DNA of 64,000 nucleotides from positions 15,842-79,841 of the forward strand of contig SOJN01000075.1 in NCBI GenBank assembly GCA_004376575.1. The letters run 5' to 3'. The DNA is from a candidate division TA06 bacterium (GTDB taxonomy: Bacteria; Hydrothermota; DG-26; E44-bin18). Of the stretch, positions 1 through 10,362 are shown piece after piece (position 1 is the stretch's first letter; the number at the start of each line of letters is the position of its first letter). A program made the translations under genes and the position numbers. The notes under the pieces were generated by a model. That model ran no database searches, was not told the DNA's origin, and saw nothing but the letters and a program-made list of their open reading frames with translations.

Positions 1-93
1 CCACATTCATACAGATCTCCTGGCACAATCAAAGAAACTGAAACGAACATGCCAACGAGCATGTTCATTTCAATTCATACGTTCAGGATGTCA

Positions 94-1086
94 TCACGAG
101 CGTGTGCTCTGTTCCTTCCCTTCTTCCAGCTTCTTGAACACTTCACGCACAACTGCCTTCTTGACATCCTCGAGTTCCCCGCGAATGACACACCCAGCTG
201 CAGACTCATGTCCGCCGCCGCCAAACACCCTTGCTATTTCGTCCACATCCATTTCTTCTTTGGACCTGAAGGATATTCTGATCTGCCCATCGCCCTCCTC
301 TCTAAATAGAAGGCCCACTCTGACTCCTTTGAGGGAAAGCGGAAAGTCAACGAAATCCTCACTCTCATCCATGGATGCTCCAGAAAGTTGAACCATCTCC
401 CTGGTGAGAGTTAGACAGCAAACATCCCGCACAACATCGATGCTGCTGAGCACCAGACCGAGCAGCCTCATCCTCGAGACCGAATTTGCGGAATAGAGCG
501 CCGAAGCAACACGAGAAGGGTCCGCACCACTCTTCACCAGTGACGCACCCGTGATAAACGAATCAAAGGTGGTGTTGGGATGCCGGAAAGAACCAGTATC
601 GGTTACTATCCCTGTGTAGAGCTGCTCCGCTCTTTCTGGAGTCAGAGGGATATCCATAGCCTTGATCAGCTCGAAAACAATCTCAGAAGTGGAGGAACGC
701 TCGGGCCGGACAAGCATAATGTGTCCAAACCGGTCATTGGAGACATGGTGGTCAATGTTTATCATTACCACGTCTTTTACCGGCAGTTGACCCGCAAGGG
801 AGCCAAGTCTCTTCAGACTGGCCGTGTCCAGTATAGCCAATACATCACAAGTATAATCGGGCGGAATAGTCGTCATCACACCGTCCACCCCGCTCAGAAA
901 CAGATACTTGTCAGGTATGGGATCTTGATTGGCAACTAACACATCCTTACCCAATTCCCTCAGAACTGACGCGAATGCCAGCTGAGAACCGATGGAGTCT
1001 CCGTCCGGGTGAGCATGAGAGAGAACAAGGAATTTGTTGTGCGTAAGTATCACCTTGATTATTTCACTGCAATCACTCATTCTCAA
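94..1086 (-). CDS. DHH/DHHA1 family phosphoesterase (NrnA-like bifunctional oligoribonuclease/pAp phosphatase)
   Basis: N-terminal 'LSHAHPDGDSIGS' DHH motif and GGGH-type DHHA1 motif near the C-terminus; lies downstream of rbfA as in Bacillus-like nusA-infB operons. Confidence 0.75.
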   Translation of the reverse strand: MRMSDCSEIIKVILTHNKFLVLSHAHPDGDSIGSQLAFASVLRELGKDVLVANQDPIPDKYLFLSGVDGVMTTIPPDYTCDVLAILDTASLKRLGSLAGQLPVKDVVMINIDHHVSNDRFGHIMLVRPERSSTSEIVFELIKAMDIPLTPERAEQLYTGIVTDTGSFRHPNTTFDSFITGASLVKSGADPSRVASALYSANSVSRMRLLGLVLSSIDVVRDVCCLTLTREMVQLSGASMDESEDFVDFPLSLKGVRVGLLFREEGDGQIRISFRSKEEMDVDEIARVFGGGGHESAAGCVIRGELEDVKKAVVREVFKKLEEGKEQSTRS

Positions 1087-1414
1087 TCTCCTTGAGAAGC
1101 TTGTCTATCTGCTCCCCGCGGATGAGTGAGTTGTCCAACCTGAATCTTATTTCCGGAGTGTATCTGATCCTTATTCTTCTCCCTATCAAAGACCTGATGA
1201 ACGGGCTCGCCCTTCTTAAACCCTCCATGCTCTTCTCCATCTTAGCTTCGTCTCCAAAGACAGATACATAGACATCCGCATGTCTGAAATCCGCAGTGAC
1301 TCTAGCTGAGGTCACTGTGACGAAGCCAATGGAGGGATCTTTTAGCTCCCTGTCTATGATGAGGGATATCTCCCTGGCTATCAGGTCTCCAACCCTGTCA
1401 GTTCTCAAACTCAT
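1073..1414 (-). CDS. rbfA: ribosome-binding factor A
   Basis: 113 aa; 'RVGDLIAREISLII...DPSIGFVTVT...VTADFRHADVYVS' typical RbfA; position after infB/DUF503. Confidence 0.85.
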   Translation of the reverse strand: MSLRTDRVGDLIAREISLIIDRELKDPSIGFVTVTSARVTADFRHADVYVSVFGDEAKMEKSMEGLRRASPFIRSLIGRRIRIRYTPEIRFRLDNSLIRGEQIDKLLKEIENE

Positions 1415-1692
1415 CGCATTTCAAGCTTGTAGTCTATGAGTTCAACCCTGGTGTTCGCCTCAATAACGTTGACTACCTTGGAAAGGACCTGGTTTGCAAA
1501 CCTGGCATTCGATGAAATCGCTGCAATGCCGATCAGTGTTCTCTGCCACGTATCATGATGGTCAAGCTCGGCAATCGAAATGTTATATTTTCTCCGGATG
1601 GAATCTTTGAGAGCCTTGACTATCTGCCTTTTCTCTTTTAACGACCTACACCCGGGGATTCGCAGGTCCACAAGACAGGTTCCTACAATCAT
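1411..1692 (-). CDS. DUF503 (YlxP-like) protein
   Basis: 93 aa ORF between infB and rbfA, the conserved slot of ylxP/DUF503; start overlaps infB stop. Confidence 0.55.
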   Translation of the reverse strand: MIVGTCLVDLRIPGCRSLKEKRQIVKALKDSIRRKYNISIAELDHHDTWQRTLIGIAAISSNARFANQVLSKVVNVIEANTRVELIDYKLEMR

Positions 1693-3854
1693 GAGAGACT
1701 TCTGAGTACCTCCTTCATCTCAAAACACTCAATGATGTCACCTACCTGAATATCTTCCTGGCCGCTTATCCCGATACCACATTCCATACCAGCAGGAACC
1801 TCCCTGACATCATCCTTGAACCTTTTCAAGGAATCGACTATACCGACACCAATGCTCTCACTCTCCCTCATGAGTTTGGCAGATATGCCTCTTCTGATCT
1901 CTCCTGAAATGACGGAGCAGCCGGCAATCATGCCCAGCTTGGAGATCTTGAAGATCTGCTTCACCTCAGCCTTCCCCACAACAACCTCTTCAAATTCAGG
2001 TTCTAGAAGGCCCGTCATGGCCAGCTTTATGTCATCTATGGCTTCAAATATGATGTCGTAGAGTCTCACTTCCACATTATCTCTTGCAGCCATCTCTTTT
2101 GCCCTTGCGTCGGGCTTTACATGAAATCCTACCACAATGGCCTTGGAAGCCGCACCCAGCAGGATGTCCGACTCCTTTATGGACCCGACGTTGCTGTGGA
2201 TGATCTTGACCTTCACCTCGTCGGTGGAAAGGCCCTGTAGGGAGTCTGCAAGAGCTCCTACTGATCCCCAGACATCCCCCTTCAGGACTATCTTCAGTTC
2301 CTTGCTCTTTCCCGATTTCAGATCCTCCTGGAATTTCCTGAGACTGACCCCATCCCCCGCCGCTCTGAAGGCCTGCTCTCTTCTCGCAAGCATCCTTTTT
2401 CTACTCAGTGTTCTCGCTCTGGCCTCATCCTCTACAACGAAGAAAGTGTCGCCCACTTCCGGGATACCAGTAAAACCAATAATCTGCACCGCAGTCGAAG
2501 GACCGACTTCTGCCAAATCCACGCCGTGCTCGTCGTGCATGGCCCGAACCTTTCCGCTATAGAGCCCCGCCACAAAGGCATCGCCAACATGTAGGCAACC
2601 TTTCTGCACAAGCAAAGTGGCTACGGTGCCCTTGCCTCTGTCCAGTTTCGACTCGACAACGACTCCCCTCGCAGGTCCGGAGCAGCATGCTCGAAGGTCA
2701 AGCATCTCAGCCTGAAGGAGAATTGTCTCGATCAGCTCATCAAGTCCTTCTCCAGTCTTTGCCGAAACCTCCACACAAAGGGTACTTCCGCCAAATTCTT
2801 CTGCGAGTACTCCGTGCTGAGCCAGGTCCTGCTTCACCTTCATGGAATTCGCAGTTGGCAGATCAATCTTGTTTATTGCTATGACAATTGGCACGCCTGC
2901 GGCCCTGGCATGATCAATAGCTTCAATCGTCTGAGGCATCACCCCATCATCCGCAGCCACCACCAGAACGCAGATGTCAGTAAGCTGTGCCCCACGGGCC
3001 CTCATGGCAGTGAATGCCTCATGGCCTGGTGTATCCAAGAATGCAATCCTATTTTCACCCACCTTCACTTCGTAAGCGCCAATATGCTGGGTCATTCCCC
3101 CGGATTCTCCGGCGGTGACATCGGTCTTCCTAAGCTTGTCCAACAGAGAAGTCTTGCCGTGGTCAACATGACCCATCACCGTAACTACTGGAGCGCAAGC
3201 GGTGAGATCTTCGTCTTTCTCCTCCTCTGTATCAAGGAATTGTGCACCGTATTCGGGAATAAGCTCAGCCTCATATCCGTACTCTTCAGCGATCATGCTG
3301 ATTGTTTCAAAATCGAGCCTGTGGTTTATGGTGACGACCAGTCCCAGCTCCAGGAGCTTGGCAATGATCTCTGTGGGCTCCACATCGAGAAGAGAACCCA
3401 CTTCAGACACAGATACGAACTCACTCACTCTCAGTTTGTTCTCTTCAACAATTCCCGCATCCGGCACCCTTTCAGACTTATACCTCTTCTTCTTCGTCCG
3501 AGTGGACTTCTCCATCTGGATGAGAGTTTCCCTTACCTTCTGTCGGATCTTCTTCTGATCTATCTTTCGCTTCTTCGGACGCGTTCTCTTACCTTTCTTT
3601 CTGGGTCTTTCCAGTCTCACGGTCGAGGTACGAGGCTTGGCCATTTGCTCACGCTCTCTGACCCGCTTCATATCCGTTTCTTTGGCGGCAGCCTTTTCTT
3701 CCGCGAACCTCTTTTTGACCGCCTCAATCATCTCCTCTGTGATTACGCTCATGTGACTTTTTACCGTGAATCCAAGCGAGCGAATCACCTTCAGGAGCGC
3801 CTCACTGGAAAGGTCAAAATCCCTTGCTGCCTGATATATTCTCTGGTTAGCCAA
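1689..3854 (-). CDS. infB: translation initiation factor IF-2
   Basis: 721 aa; basic K/R-rich N-terminal region; G-domain '[16 protein letters not shown]', 'DTPGHEAF', 'NKID'. Confidence 0.95.
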   Translation of the reverse strand: MANQRIYQAARDFDLSSEALLKVIRSLGFTVKSHMSVITEEMIEAVKKRFAEEKAAAKETDMKRVREREQMAKPRTSTVRLERPRKKGKRTRPKKRKIDQKKIRQKVRETLIQMEKSTRTKKKRYKSERVPDAGIVEENKLRVSEFVSVSEVGSLLDVEPTEIIAKLLELGLVVTINHRLDFETISMIAEEYGYEAELIPEYGAQFLDTEEEKDEDLTACAPVVTVMGHVDHGKTSLLDKLRKTDVTAGESGGMTQHIGAYEVKVGENRIAFLDTPGHEAFTAMRARGAQLTDICVLVVAADDGVMPQTIEAIDHARAAGVPIVIAINKIDLPTANSMKVKQDLAQHGVLAEEFGGSTLCVEVSAKTGEGLDELIETILLQAEMLDLRACCSGPARGVVVESKLDRGKGTVATLLVQKGCLHVGDAFVAGLYSGKVRAMHDEHGVDLAEVGPSTAVQIIGFTGIPEVGDTFFVVEDEARARTLSRKRMLARREQAFRAAGDGVSLRKFQEDLKSGKSKELKIVLKGDVWGSVGALADSLQGLSTDEVKVKIIHSNVGSIKESDILLGAASKAIVVGFHVKPDARAKEMAARDNVEVRLYDIIFEAIDDIKLAMTGLLEPEFEEVVVGKAEVKQIFKISKLGMIAGCSVISGEIRRGISAKLMRESESIGVGIVDSLKRFKDDVREVPAGMECGIGISGQEDIQVGDIIECFEMKEVLRSLS

Positions 3855-3866
3855 TACCGACCACTC

Positions 3867-5411
3867 CTACTCTCCACTCTCGACTGGCTTCTCTTTTTCT
3901 GACTCTACTTCGTTTCCCTCAGCGGTACTCGGCGATTCTTCCTCTTCTACCTCTTCCGTCTCTTCCGCCCCTTCTTCCTTTTGTTCCTTTTCTACCTCTT
4001 CCTCCTCTTGCTCTTCTTCTTCCTCCTCCGTCTCTTCCGCCTGTTCGACCTCTTTCGCCCTCTTTTCCTCTTCTTCCTCTTGCTTCTTTGCCTCCAGCGC
4101 TACCTTCCGCTCAGCCAACCTTGCTTCCGCTTCCTTTCTCGCCGCCTCCTCGGCCTTCCGTTTCATCTCCTCATCGATTTCCTGAGCATCCTCAAGTATT
4201 TTTGCCGCCGTCTTTTTGCCAATGCCCTTGATAGAGGTGATTTCCTTCCCACTGCTCTTTGCAATATCCGCAGCAGAGGAAAATCCAGCTAGAATCAGCC
4301 TGTCTATCATCTTCGCGGAGACCCCGCGTGTCTTAGCCAACATAGCCAGAGACTCCTTATCCCGATCGAGCTGTTCTCTATACTGGCTCTCACTCAGAAT
4401 GTCTATTTTGAGGCCGGTCAGCTTTGCAGCCAGTCTCGCATTCTGTCCGCCTCTTCCAATCGCCAGTGAATACTGATCATCAACTATGACGACCCTCGCA
4501 CTACCTCCCCTCTCACTCAACACACATTTCAGCACCTTTGCAGGTGAAAGGGATCTGCCAACGAAGAGTGACATTTCACTACTCCACTGGACAACATCTA
4601 TCTTTTCGCCGTTCAACTCTCTCACCACAGCCTGCACACGCGAGCCCTTGACACCCACGCAAGCACCAACCGGGTCAATCTTGTCATCCTTGGAGTAGAC
4701 TGCTATCTTGCTTCTATCTCCAGATTCTCTGGCCACCGATTTGATCTGAACCACACCTTCATACACTTCAGGGACTTCAAAGTGAAATAGCTTCTTCAGG
4801 AAATCCGGATGAGTTCGCGAGAGTATCACCTGGGGCCCTTTACTCGTGCGCCTAACATCAAGGATGTACGCCCTTATTGTCTGTCCCTGTCTTATCCTTT
4901 CTGTATAGATCTGTTCTCTTAAAGGCATGATTGCCTCTGTCCTGCCCAGGTTGACTATCACACCCCTCTTGTCCACCTGTTGTACAGTGCCTGTTACAAT
5001 CTCTCCAATTCTCTCACTGAAACCGACAAAGACTTTTTCCCTTTCAGCCTCCCTCACACGCTGGAACATAATCTGCTTGGCAACCATTATGGCACTTCTT
5101 CCAAACTCCTCCAGTGGAATGTCCTCGACCAGCTCACCCCCCATTTCTCCATCGTAACCAAGTGACTTTGCCTTCGCCAGATCCAGTTCCAGATCTTCGT
5201 CTTCGACCTCTTCGACCACCCTCCTGGTCCGCTTTACTGTTATCTCACCGGTGGATTCATCCACATTTACCTCAAGATTCTCCGCCTTTCCATACTTCTT
5301 CCTCACACCAGCCAGTATGCTCTCCTTTAAGGTCTCAACAACAAACTCCCTATCCAGACCCCGCAGAGATATTATCTGGGAAAGCGCATCCGTCACATCG
5401 AAACCAGCCAA
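3867..5411 (-). CDS. nusA: transcription termination/antitermination factor NusA with a Glu-rich acidic C-terminal extension
   Basis: 514 aa; S1 and KH domain sequence; C-terminal ~110 aa are low-complexity E/K/A-rich. Confidence 0.95.
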   Translation of the reverse strand: MAGFDVTDALSQIISLRGLDREFVVETLKESILAGVRKKYGKAENLEVNVDESTGEITVKRTRRVVEEVEDEDLELDLAKAKSLGYDGEMGGELVEDIPLEEFGRSAIMVAKQIMFQRVREAEREKVFVGFSERIGEIVTGTVQQVDKRGVIVNLGRTEAIMPLREQIYTERIRQGQTIRAYILDVRRTSKGPQVILSRTHPDFLKKLFHFEVPEVYEGVVQIKSVARESGDRSKIAVYSKDDKIDPVGACVGVKGSRVQAVVRELNGEKIDVVQWSSEMSLFVGRSLSPAKVLKCVLSERGGSARVVIVDDQYSLAIGRGGQNARLAAKLTGLKIDILSESQYREQLDRDKESLAMLAKTRGVSAKMIDRLILAGFSSAADIAKSSGKEITSIKGIGKKTAAKILEDAQEIDEEMKRKAEEAARKEAEARLAERKVALEAKKQEEEEEKRAKEVEQAEETEEEEEEQEEEEVEKEQKEEGAEETEEVEEEESPSTAEGNEVESEKEKPVESGE

Positions 5412-5424
5412 TTCCTCCTCCTCA

Positions 5425-5874
5425 CTAATTGCAGCAAAACAACAAGTGCATGTCCCTTATATTGCCGCGTTTGATCTCATCGATGTCCCCCGCTTCTTTC
5501 TTCAATCTCAAAGATTCGGAAGTCACCTGCGCAATCGTCCCTGTCCTCGTGCTCCCGTCCTTGAGGTAGAGCTTGACCAGTCTGCCCGGGAATCTTTCGA
5601 GTTCGCCTTCTTTCCTCAAGGACCTCTTCGACCCTGGCGAGCTCACCTCCAGCTCATAGTTCCCCTCAACAAGATTGGTCTGGTCAAGCCTGTCTCTAAC
5701 CTTCTTGATCGCCTCTGTTATCTCGCTCAGGGTCACACCCCCAGCTTTATCAACGTAAACCCTTATGAGAGTTGAGCTAGACACCTTCTTCAACTCCAGG
5801 TCAACAAGCTCGCAACCGACCTCTTCCAAGTCGGACTTGATAAGTAACCACAAGCCCGAAATAGGATTCACCAT
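5425..5874 (-). CDS. rimP: ribosome maturation factor RimP
   Basis: 149 aa ORF immediately upstream of nusA; N-terminal 'EEVGCELVDLE' RimP-like. Confidence 0.75.
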   Translation of the reverse strand: MVNPISGLWLLIKSDLEEVGCELVDLELKKVSSSTLIRVYVDKAGGVTLSEITEAIKKVRDRLDQTNLVEGNYELEVSSPGSKRSLRKEGELERFPGRLVKLYLKDGSTRTGTIAQVTSESLRLKKEAGDIDEIKRGNIRDMHLLFCCN

Positions 5875-5894
5875 CTATCAAACCCTAACTTAAT

Positions 5895-5923
5895 AATCTA
5901 ACACAAATCTCGTCATCCTGCAA
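5895..5923 (-). promoter_or_regulatory. putative sigma-70 promoter of the rimP-nusA-infB operon
   Basis: Minus-strand TTGCAG, 17-nt spacer, TAGATT, about 20 nt upstream of the rimP ATG. Confidence 0.3.
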
Positions 5924-5955
5924 CAAAAAAGGCCAATTCCCTTAACTATATCTGC

Positions 5956-7677
5956 TTACGTCGAATCCTTGCCAGAGGAGGCAAAAAACTTCTCAATCTT
6001 TTCGCCTATCCTTTCCGCCGAATCTTCGACTGGAAACTCTGAAACTTTTCCACTCTTCCTCTCTCTGAGTTCGACGAGTCCCTTCTTAAGACTACGCTCC
6101 CCTACTGTAACCCTTAGAGGGACCCCTATAAGATCGCTATCCTTGAACTTGCTCCCAGCCCTCTCATCTCTATCATCCAGGAGGATATCGAACTCCTCGT
6201 CGAGCGCTGAGTAAATCTCCTCTGAAGTTTCTACCACCCTGGAGTCACTCATGTTCAGCGGTACTATCACGCAGTGGAACGGTGCCAAAGGAGGAGGCCA
6301 GACAATTCCGTCTTTATCAGCGCCTTGCTCTATGGCTGCCACTAAAATCCTCTCCAGCCCTATTCCATAAGACCCCATCACTATTGGCAGCGCCTTTCCG
6401 TCCTTATCCAGATATATTGCCTCCATCTTCTGAGAGTATCTCCTTCCCAGTTTGAAGATATGACCCAGCTCAATCGCCCTCGATATCCTTATCTCACCTC
6501 CACAACGATCACACGCATCACCCTCTTTGACCTGTCTGAAGTCACAAAACTCATCCACCTGGAAATCCCTCCCTGGATGGATGCCAACGTAATGGTAGTC
6601 GTTCTTGTTGGCACCAGTCACCAAGCCGACTTCGCCTTCAAGAGCACGGTCAGCAAAGACCTTCACGCCTTTCACGTTTACTGGCCCCACAAACCCCACA
6701 TCAGCACCGGTCACCCTCTTGACCTCGTCACCGTGTGCTTGTCTGAAAGGCTTCTTGAAGAAAGATTCCATCTTCGACTCATTCGCCTCCTGGTCACCTC
6801 TGGTGAGGATGAACACAGGCTCATCACCTACGATGAACAAGAGGCTCTTCATCAAAGTGGCGGGGTCCACACTGAGAAACTGAGACACCTCCTTGACAGT
6901 TCTCACCCCCGGTGTATGCACCATTTCAAGCTTGCGGTCCTTCAGACCCAGCTTCCGGGGTTTTGAACTGGCAACGTCAAGATTGGCGGCATACTCACAC
7001 TCTGAGCATCTTGCCACCTGGTCTTCTCCTGCTTCCGATTCCAACATGAACTCCGTAGACTCAGAACCGCCCATCATCCCGCTTGAGGCACCCACGGTGA
7101 AGGTCAGCAGACCACACCGCTTGAATATTCTCGTGTAGGTTTCGAAGTGGCGCTTGTAGCTCTCATCAAGTCCCTTTTCATCCTGGTCGAGACTGTAGGA
7201 ATCCTTCATTATGAACTCTCTCGATCGCAACAGCCCGGATCTCGGACGCGGTTCATCCCTGAACTTGGTCTGTATCTGATACCAAACCTGGGGAAAGTCC
7301 CTGTATGAACGAATGTACTTTCTGGCCAAATCGACAATGATCTCCTCATGGGTAGGAGCAAGGCACATGTCTCTTTCTTTCCTGTCCTTCAGCCGGAACA
7401 TATCGTCCCCGTATTCCTCCCATCTACCGCTTTCCTCCCAAATGTCAGATGGGGAGAGCGCAGGCAGGAAGAACTCCTGGGCGCCCATTGAATCCATCTC
7501 ATCCCTTATTATCGACTCAATCTTTCTGATGACCCTCCACCCCAGGGGGAGGAATGAGAAGATCCCCGCGGAAAGCGGCCTTATGAGACCAGCCTTTATG
7601 CACAGTTTGTGGCTGACTGACTCAGCATCAGAAGGATCTTCCTTCGTTGTCGGTATAAACACTTGACTCCAGCGCAT
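5956..7677 (-). CDS. proS: proline--tRNA ligase (bacterial type with editing domain)
   Basis: 573 aa; class II aaRS motifs; good GGAGG RBS before the ATG at 7677. Confidence 0.95.
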   Translation of the reverse strand: MRWSQVFIPTTKEDPSDAESVSHKLCIKAGLIRPLSAGIFSFLPLGWRVIRKIESIIRDEMDSMGAQEFFLPALSPSDIWEESGRWEEYGDDMFRLKDRKERDMCLAPTHEEIIVDLARKYIRSYRDFPQVWYQIQTKFRDEPRPRSGLLRSREFIMKDSYSLDQDEKGLDESYKRHFETYTRIFKRCGLLTFTVGASSGMMGGSESTEFMLESEAGEDQVARCSECEYAANLDVASSKPRKLGLKDRKLEMVHTPGVRTVKEVSQFLSVDPATLMKSLLFIVGDEPVFILTRGDQEANESKMESFFKKPFRQAHGDEVKRVTGADVGFVGPVNVKGVKVFADRALEGEVGLVTGANKNDYHYVGIHPGRDFQVDEFCDFRQVKEGDACDRCGGEIRISRAIELGHIFKLGRRYSQKMEAIYLDKDGKALPIVMGSYGIGLERILVAAIEQGADKDGIVWPPPLAPFHCVIVPLNMSDSRVVETSEEIYSALDEEFDILLDDRDERAGSKFKDSDLIGVPLRVTVGERSLKKGLVELRERKSGKVSEFPVEDSAERIGEKIEKFFASSGKDST

Positions 7678-8371
7678 CTATCTTCTTCCTCCAAGCAACC
7701 TGATTTTCCTTCTCTATCACAAATAGGCAAGATAATCAACCCTTTTCCCTGAACACGACGAAAAACACCTTAAGCAATTACGAACTGCAAGGTGCGAAGA
7801 GCGAAGCACAAAACGCAAAAGATCATCTCTGACCCACTTGGTACTTGGCAATTCGTACTTTGTACTTTGTTTTCAAGTTATCGTATCAGTACTGCACCGG
7901 GGACCCCGTGGAACGGGGCAGGCCCTTCGACTCAGCCCTTCGATGACTCTCAGCACTTCGCTCAGGATACACGTGGACTTTTGCAGACTGCAAACTCCGA
8001 ACCATAGACTACGAATTGTCCGAGGGTGGGGTTTTGAATTTCGGGCTCTTCCCCAGTTTGGTTGGTGGTAATAGTTGGCAATGGGGTCTTAAGTCCTTCT
8101 TTGCCATTGGAATTGGCCCACCGCACTCACTTCTGTATTTGTACTGATGCTGTGTCTGACACTCTGCGCCGTTTTCCTGCAGATGGCCGGTAACCTAGCG
8201 CGCCGCAAGCGGCGCTACTCCTTAGATTTAGAAGTAGCAGAGCTTGCTCTGCGCCACAAGCAATCGTTCTCCGGACCCTCCCCAGTTCCTCACTGTCACC
8301 AACTTTTTTGGAGAACAGCCGAATTTCGCAATTTCGCGGGCAAGGACGGGATGTCCACGGGGGACAAGGTC

Positions 8372-9535
8372 TTACATCTTATGTCTGGAGCTCAGTCGGT
8401 TTACAGCGCGGGCGGCTTCTTCTCTTGCCCAGTGGTCTGCCGCTTCAGCTTCTTCCAGAGTGGGATCGGACTTGGAAGTGTGGTTAGACAGAACCTCTTG
8501 CAGTACCTGAGGTATCTGCGTAAAACCTATCTCGCCTTTCAGGAAGGCGGCAACCGCGATCTCATCAGATGCACTGAGAACAGCCGGCATGGTTCCGCCC
8601 TTACGGATAGCATCGTAAGCAAGGTCCAGACACGGGAACCTGCTGAAGTCAGGTCTGAAGAACTCGAGCTTTGCCACTTCAGCCAGATCAAGTTTATTCG
8701 TCAGCGACTCCATCCTCCGTGGGTAGGTGATGGCGTACTGAATGGGCAGCTTCATATCAGGAGTCGAGAGTTGTGCAATACACGAGCCGTCCACAAACTC
8801 GACTATTGAATGGACTATAGACTGGGGATGAATCACCACCTCGATCTTTGAGGGATCGATGTTGAAGAGCCATCTCGCTTCTATCACTTCCAGACCCTTG
8901 TTCATCAGTGTTGCAGAATCAACGGTAACCTTCTCTCCCATCTCCCACGTGGGATGGGCAAGGGCCTCTTTCGGAGTTATCGAGTCAAGCGAGGCCGCAT
9001 TCAAGAAGGGGCCGCCTGAAGCGGTCAGTATTATCCTTGACACCTCATCCCCGGGAGATTTCCCCATTGCCTGGTGTATGGCGCTGTGTTCGGAATCTAT
9101 GGCAATGATTTCAGCGCCGCTTCGCCTTGCTTCCGCAGTCAGAATCGACCCGTAAGAGACAAGAGGCTCTTTGTTTGCCAGGGCCACTCGCTTGCCAGCC
9201 CTCAAGGCTGCAAGAGTAGGCCTGAAGCCAACGGAACCGACCAGTCCGTTGACCACAATGTCAACATCGCTGCAGGAGGCTATCTCTGTCAACGCTTCAC
9301 CGCCAGACAGGACCTCGGTCCTCCCGGGAACCCTCCGGGCAAGCTCACCCTTCAGTGATTCATCACCTATTGATACAAGGGCGGGTTTATGTTTCCCTGC
9401 CTGCTCGGACAGAAGGTCAAGCTCATCTTTGCCACTGATGGCAAACACCACGAACTCCGGGGCAAGGTTCTCCAGGACCTGAAGTGCCGACCTTCCAATG
9501 GAGCCTGTTGATCCAAGAACAGCTACTCTCTTCAT
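8372..9535 (-). CDS. dxr: 1-deoxy-D-xylulose-5-phosphate reductoisomerase
   Basis: 387 aa; 'VAVLGSTGSIGRSAL' NADPH-binding N-terminus; Dxr fold motifs. Confidence 0.95.
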   Translation of the reverse strand: MKRVAVLGSTGSIGRSALQVLENLAPEFVVFAISGKDELDLLSEQAGKHKPALVSIGDESLKGELARRVPGRTEVLSGGEALTEIASCSDVDIVVNGLVGSVGFRPTLAALRAGKRVALANKEPLVSYGSILTAEARRSGAEIIAIDSEHSAIHQAMGKSPGDEVSRIILTASGGPFLNAASLDSITPKEALAHPTWEMGEKVTVDSATLMNKGLEVIEARWLFNIDPSKIEVVIHPQSIVHSIVEFVDGSCIAQLSTPDMKLPIQYAITYPRRMESLTNKLDLAEVAKLEFFRPDFSRFPCLDLAYDAIRKGGTMPAVLSASDEIAVAAFLKGEIGFTQIPQVLQEVLSNHTSKSDPTLEEAEAADHWAREEAARAVNRLSSRHKM

Positions 9536-10362
9536 CTCGCAGCGAAAAACCTCAAGTAATAGTATATCATTGGAGCTGTGAAAAGGAGCGAATCGAATCT
9601 GTCCAGAACTCCCCCATGTCCTGGTATGGTGGTCGCGGCATCTTTCATGTCTGCATCACGCTTTATGAGGGATTCTACGAGGTCGCCCACCTGGGCAAGC
9701 ACTCCAACTAAGAACCCAAGCACAAAAATATCAAACCAGGAAAGAAAGTGCGCATAAACCTGCTGGTAAACGAACCCGGCTATGACGGCAAAGAAGACAC
9801 CTCCAATGGCCCCCTCCCAAGACTTTTCAGGGCTTATCCTGGGAAGAAGCTTGTGCCTGCCAAACTTTATGCCGAAAAAATAGGCTGCACTGTCGCAGCT
9901 CCATGTCAGCACAAATGGGAGAAGTGCATATCCCGTGCCGGTCGAGTAGGTCTGTCCCATGGCGTACGGAAGTTCTCTCAACAGCACCAGGTGGCTCATC
10001 AGCCATCCCACGTACATGGCACCGAAAATTGTGGTCGCGATGTGGTTGATCGCCTGCTCTTCAACGCGCCTGGAAAGCTCGGTTATGGAGAGAGCAAGGA
10101 GCAGTATTGTGAATGTAAGATATGTGAAAAGGTAGCTCTGATAGAAGGCCGTCCAGCCCAGAAGAAGTGCGCAGAATGTTCCAAGCACCTTGTAGGGCTT
10201 CATCCCCCTGGCTTCGAGCATGGTGAGAAACTCGTAGGTGCCTATGCCTATCCCCAGCCCTATCAGGACCAGGTAGTAGCCTCCACCCGCCCTTGCAATA
10301 ATCACAAGCACGGGCAGGAACACCAAGGCCGTGACCAGCCTGCGGAGGAGGTTTACCCTCAT
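9532..10362 (-). CDS. cdsA: phosphatidate cytidylyltransferase
   Basis: 276 aa polytopic membrane protein; C-terminal 'GHGGVLDRFDS' CTP-transferase signature; 4-nt overlap with dxr. Confidence 0.85.
   Translation of the reverse strand: MRVNLLRRLVTALVFLPVLVIIARAGGGYYLVLIGLGIGIGTYEFLTMLEARGMKPYKVLGTFCALLLGWTAFYQSYLFTYLTFTILLLALSITELSRRVEEQAINHIATTIFGAMYVGWLMSHLVLLRELPYAMGQTYSTGTGYALLPFVLTWSCDSAAYFFGIKFGRHKLLPRISPEKSWEGAIGGVFFAVIAGFVYQQVYAHFLSWFDIFVLGFLVGVLAQVGDLVESLIKRDADMKDAATTIPGHGGVLDRFDSLLFTAPMIYYYLRFFAAR

Noticed and set aside
2814-3902. 362-aa plus-strand ORF
   Set aside because: Entirely antisense to infB, which has unmistakable GTPase motifs; its low-complexity Ser/Leu-rich translation is typical of a shadow ORF
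7678-8371. Possible tmRNA or RNase P RNA in the 690-nt gap
   Set aside because: Looked on both strands for the tmRNA T-arm/acceptor (GGTTCGA.TCC...CCACCA) and tag-ORF, and for RNase P P4/'GGAAAGTCCGGGC'/'ACAGAA.CCGGCTTA' motifs. None was found, so the region remains unassigned.
8147-8809. 220-aa plus-strand ORF starting in the dxr-proS gap
   Set aside because: Two thirds of it is antisense to dxr; the translation is Cys/Arg-rich and not protein-like. The gap is treated as non-coding instead.
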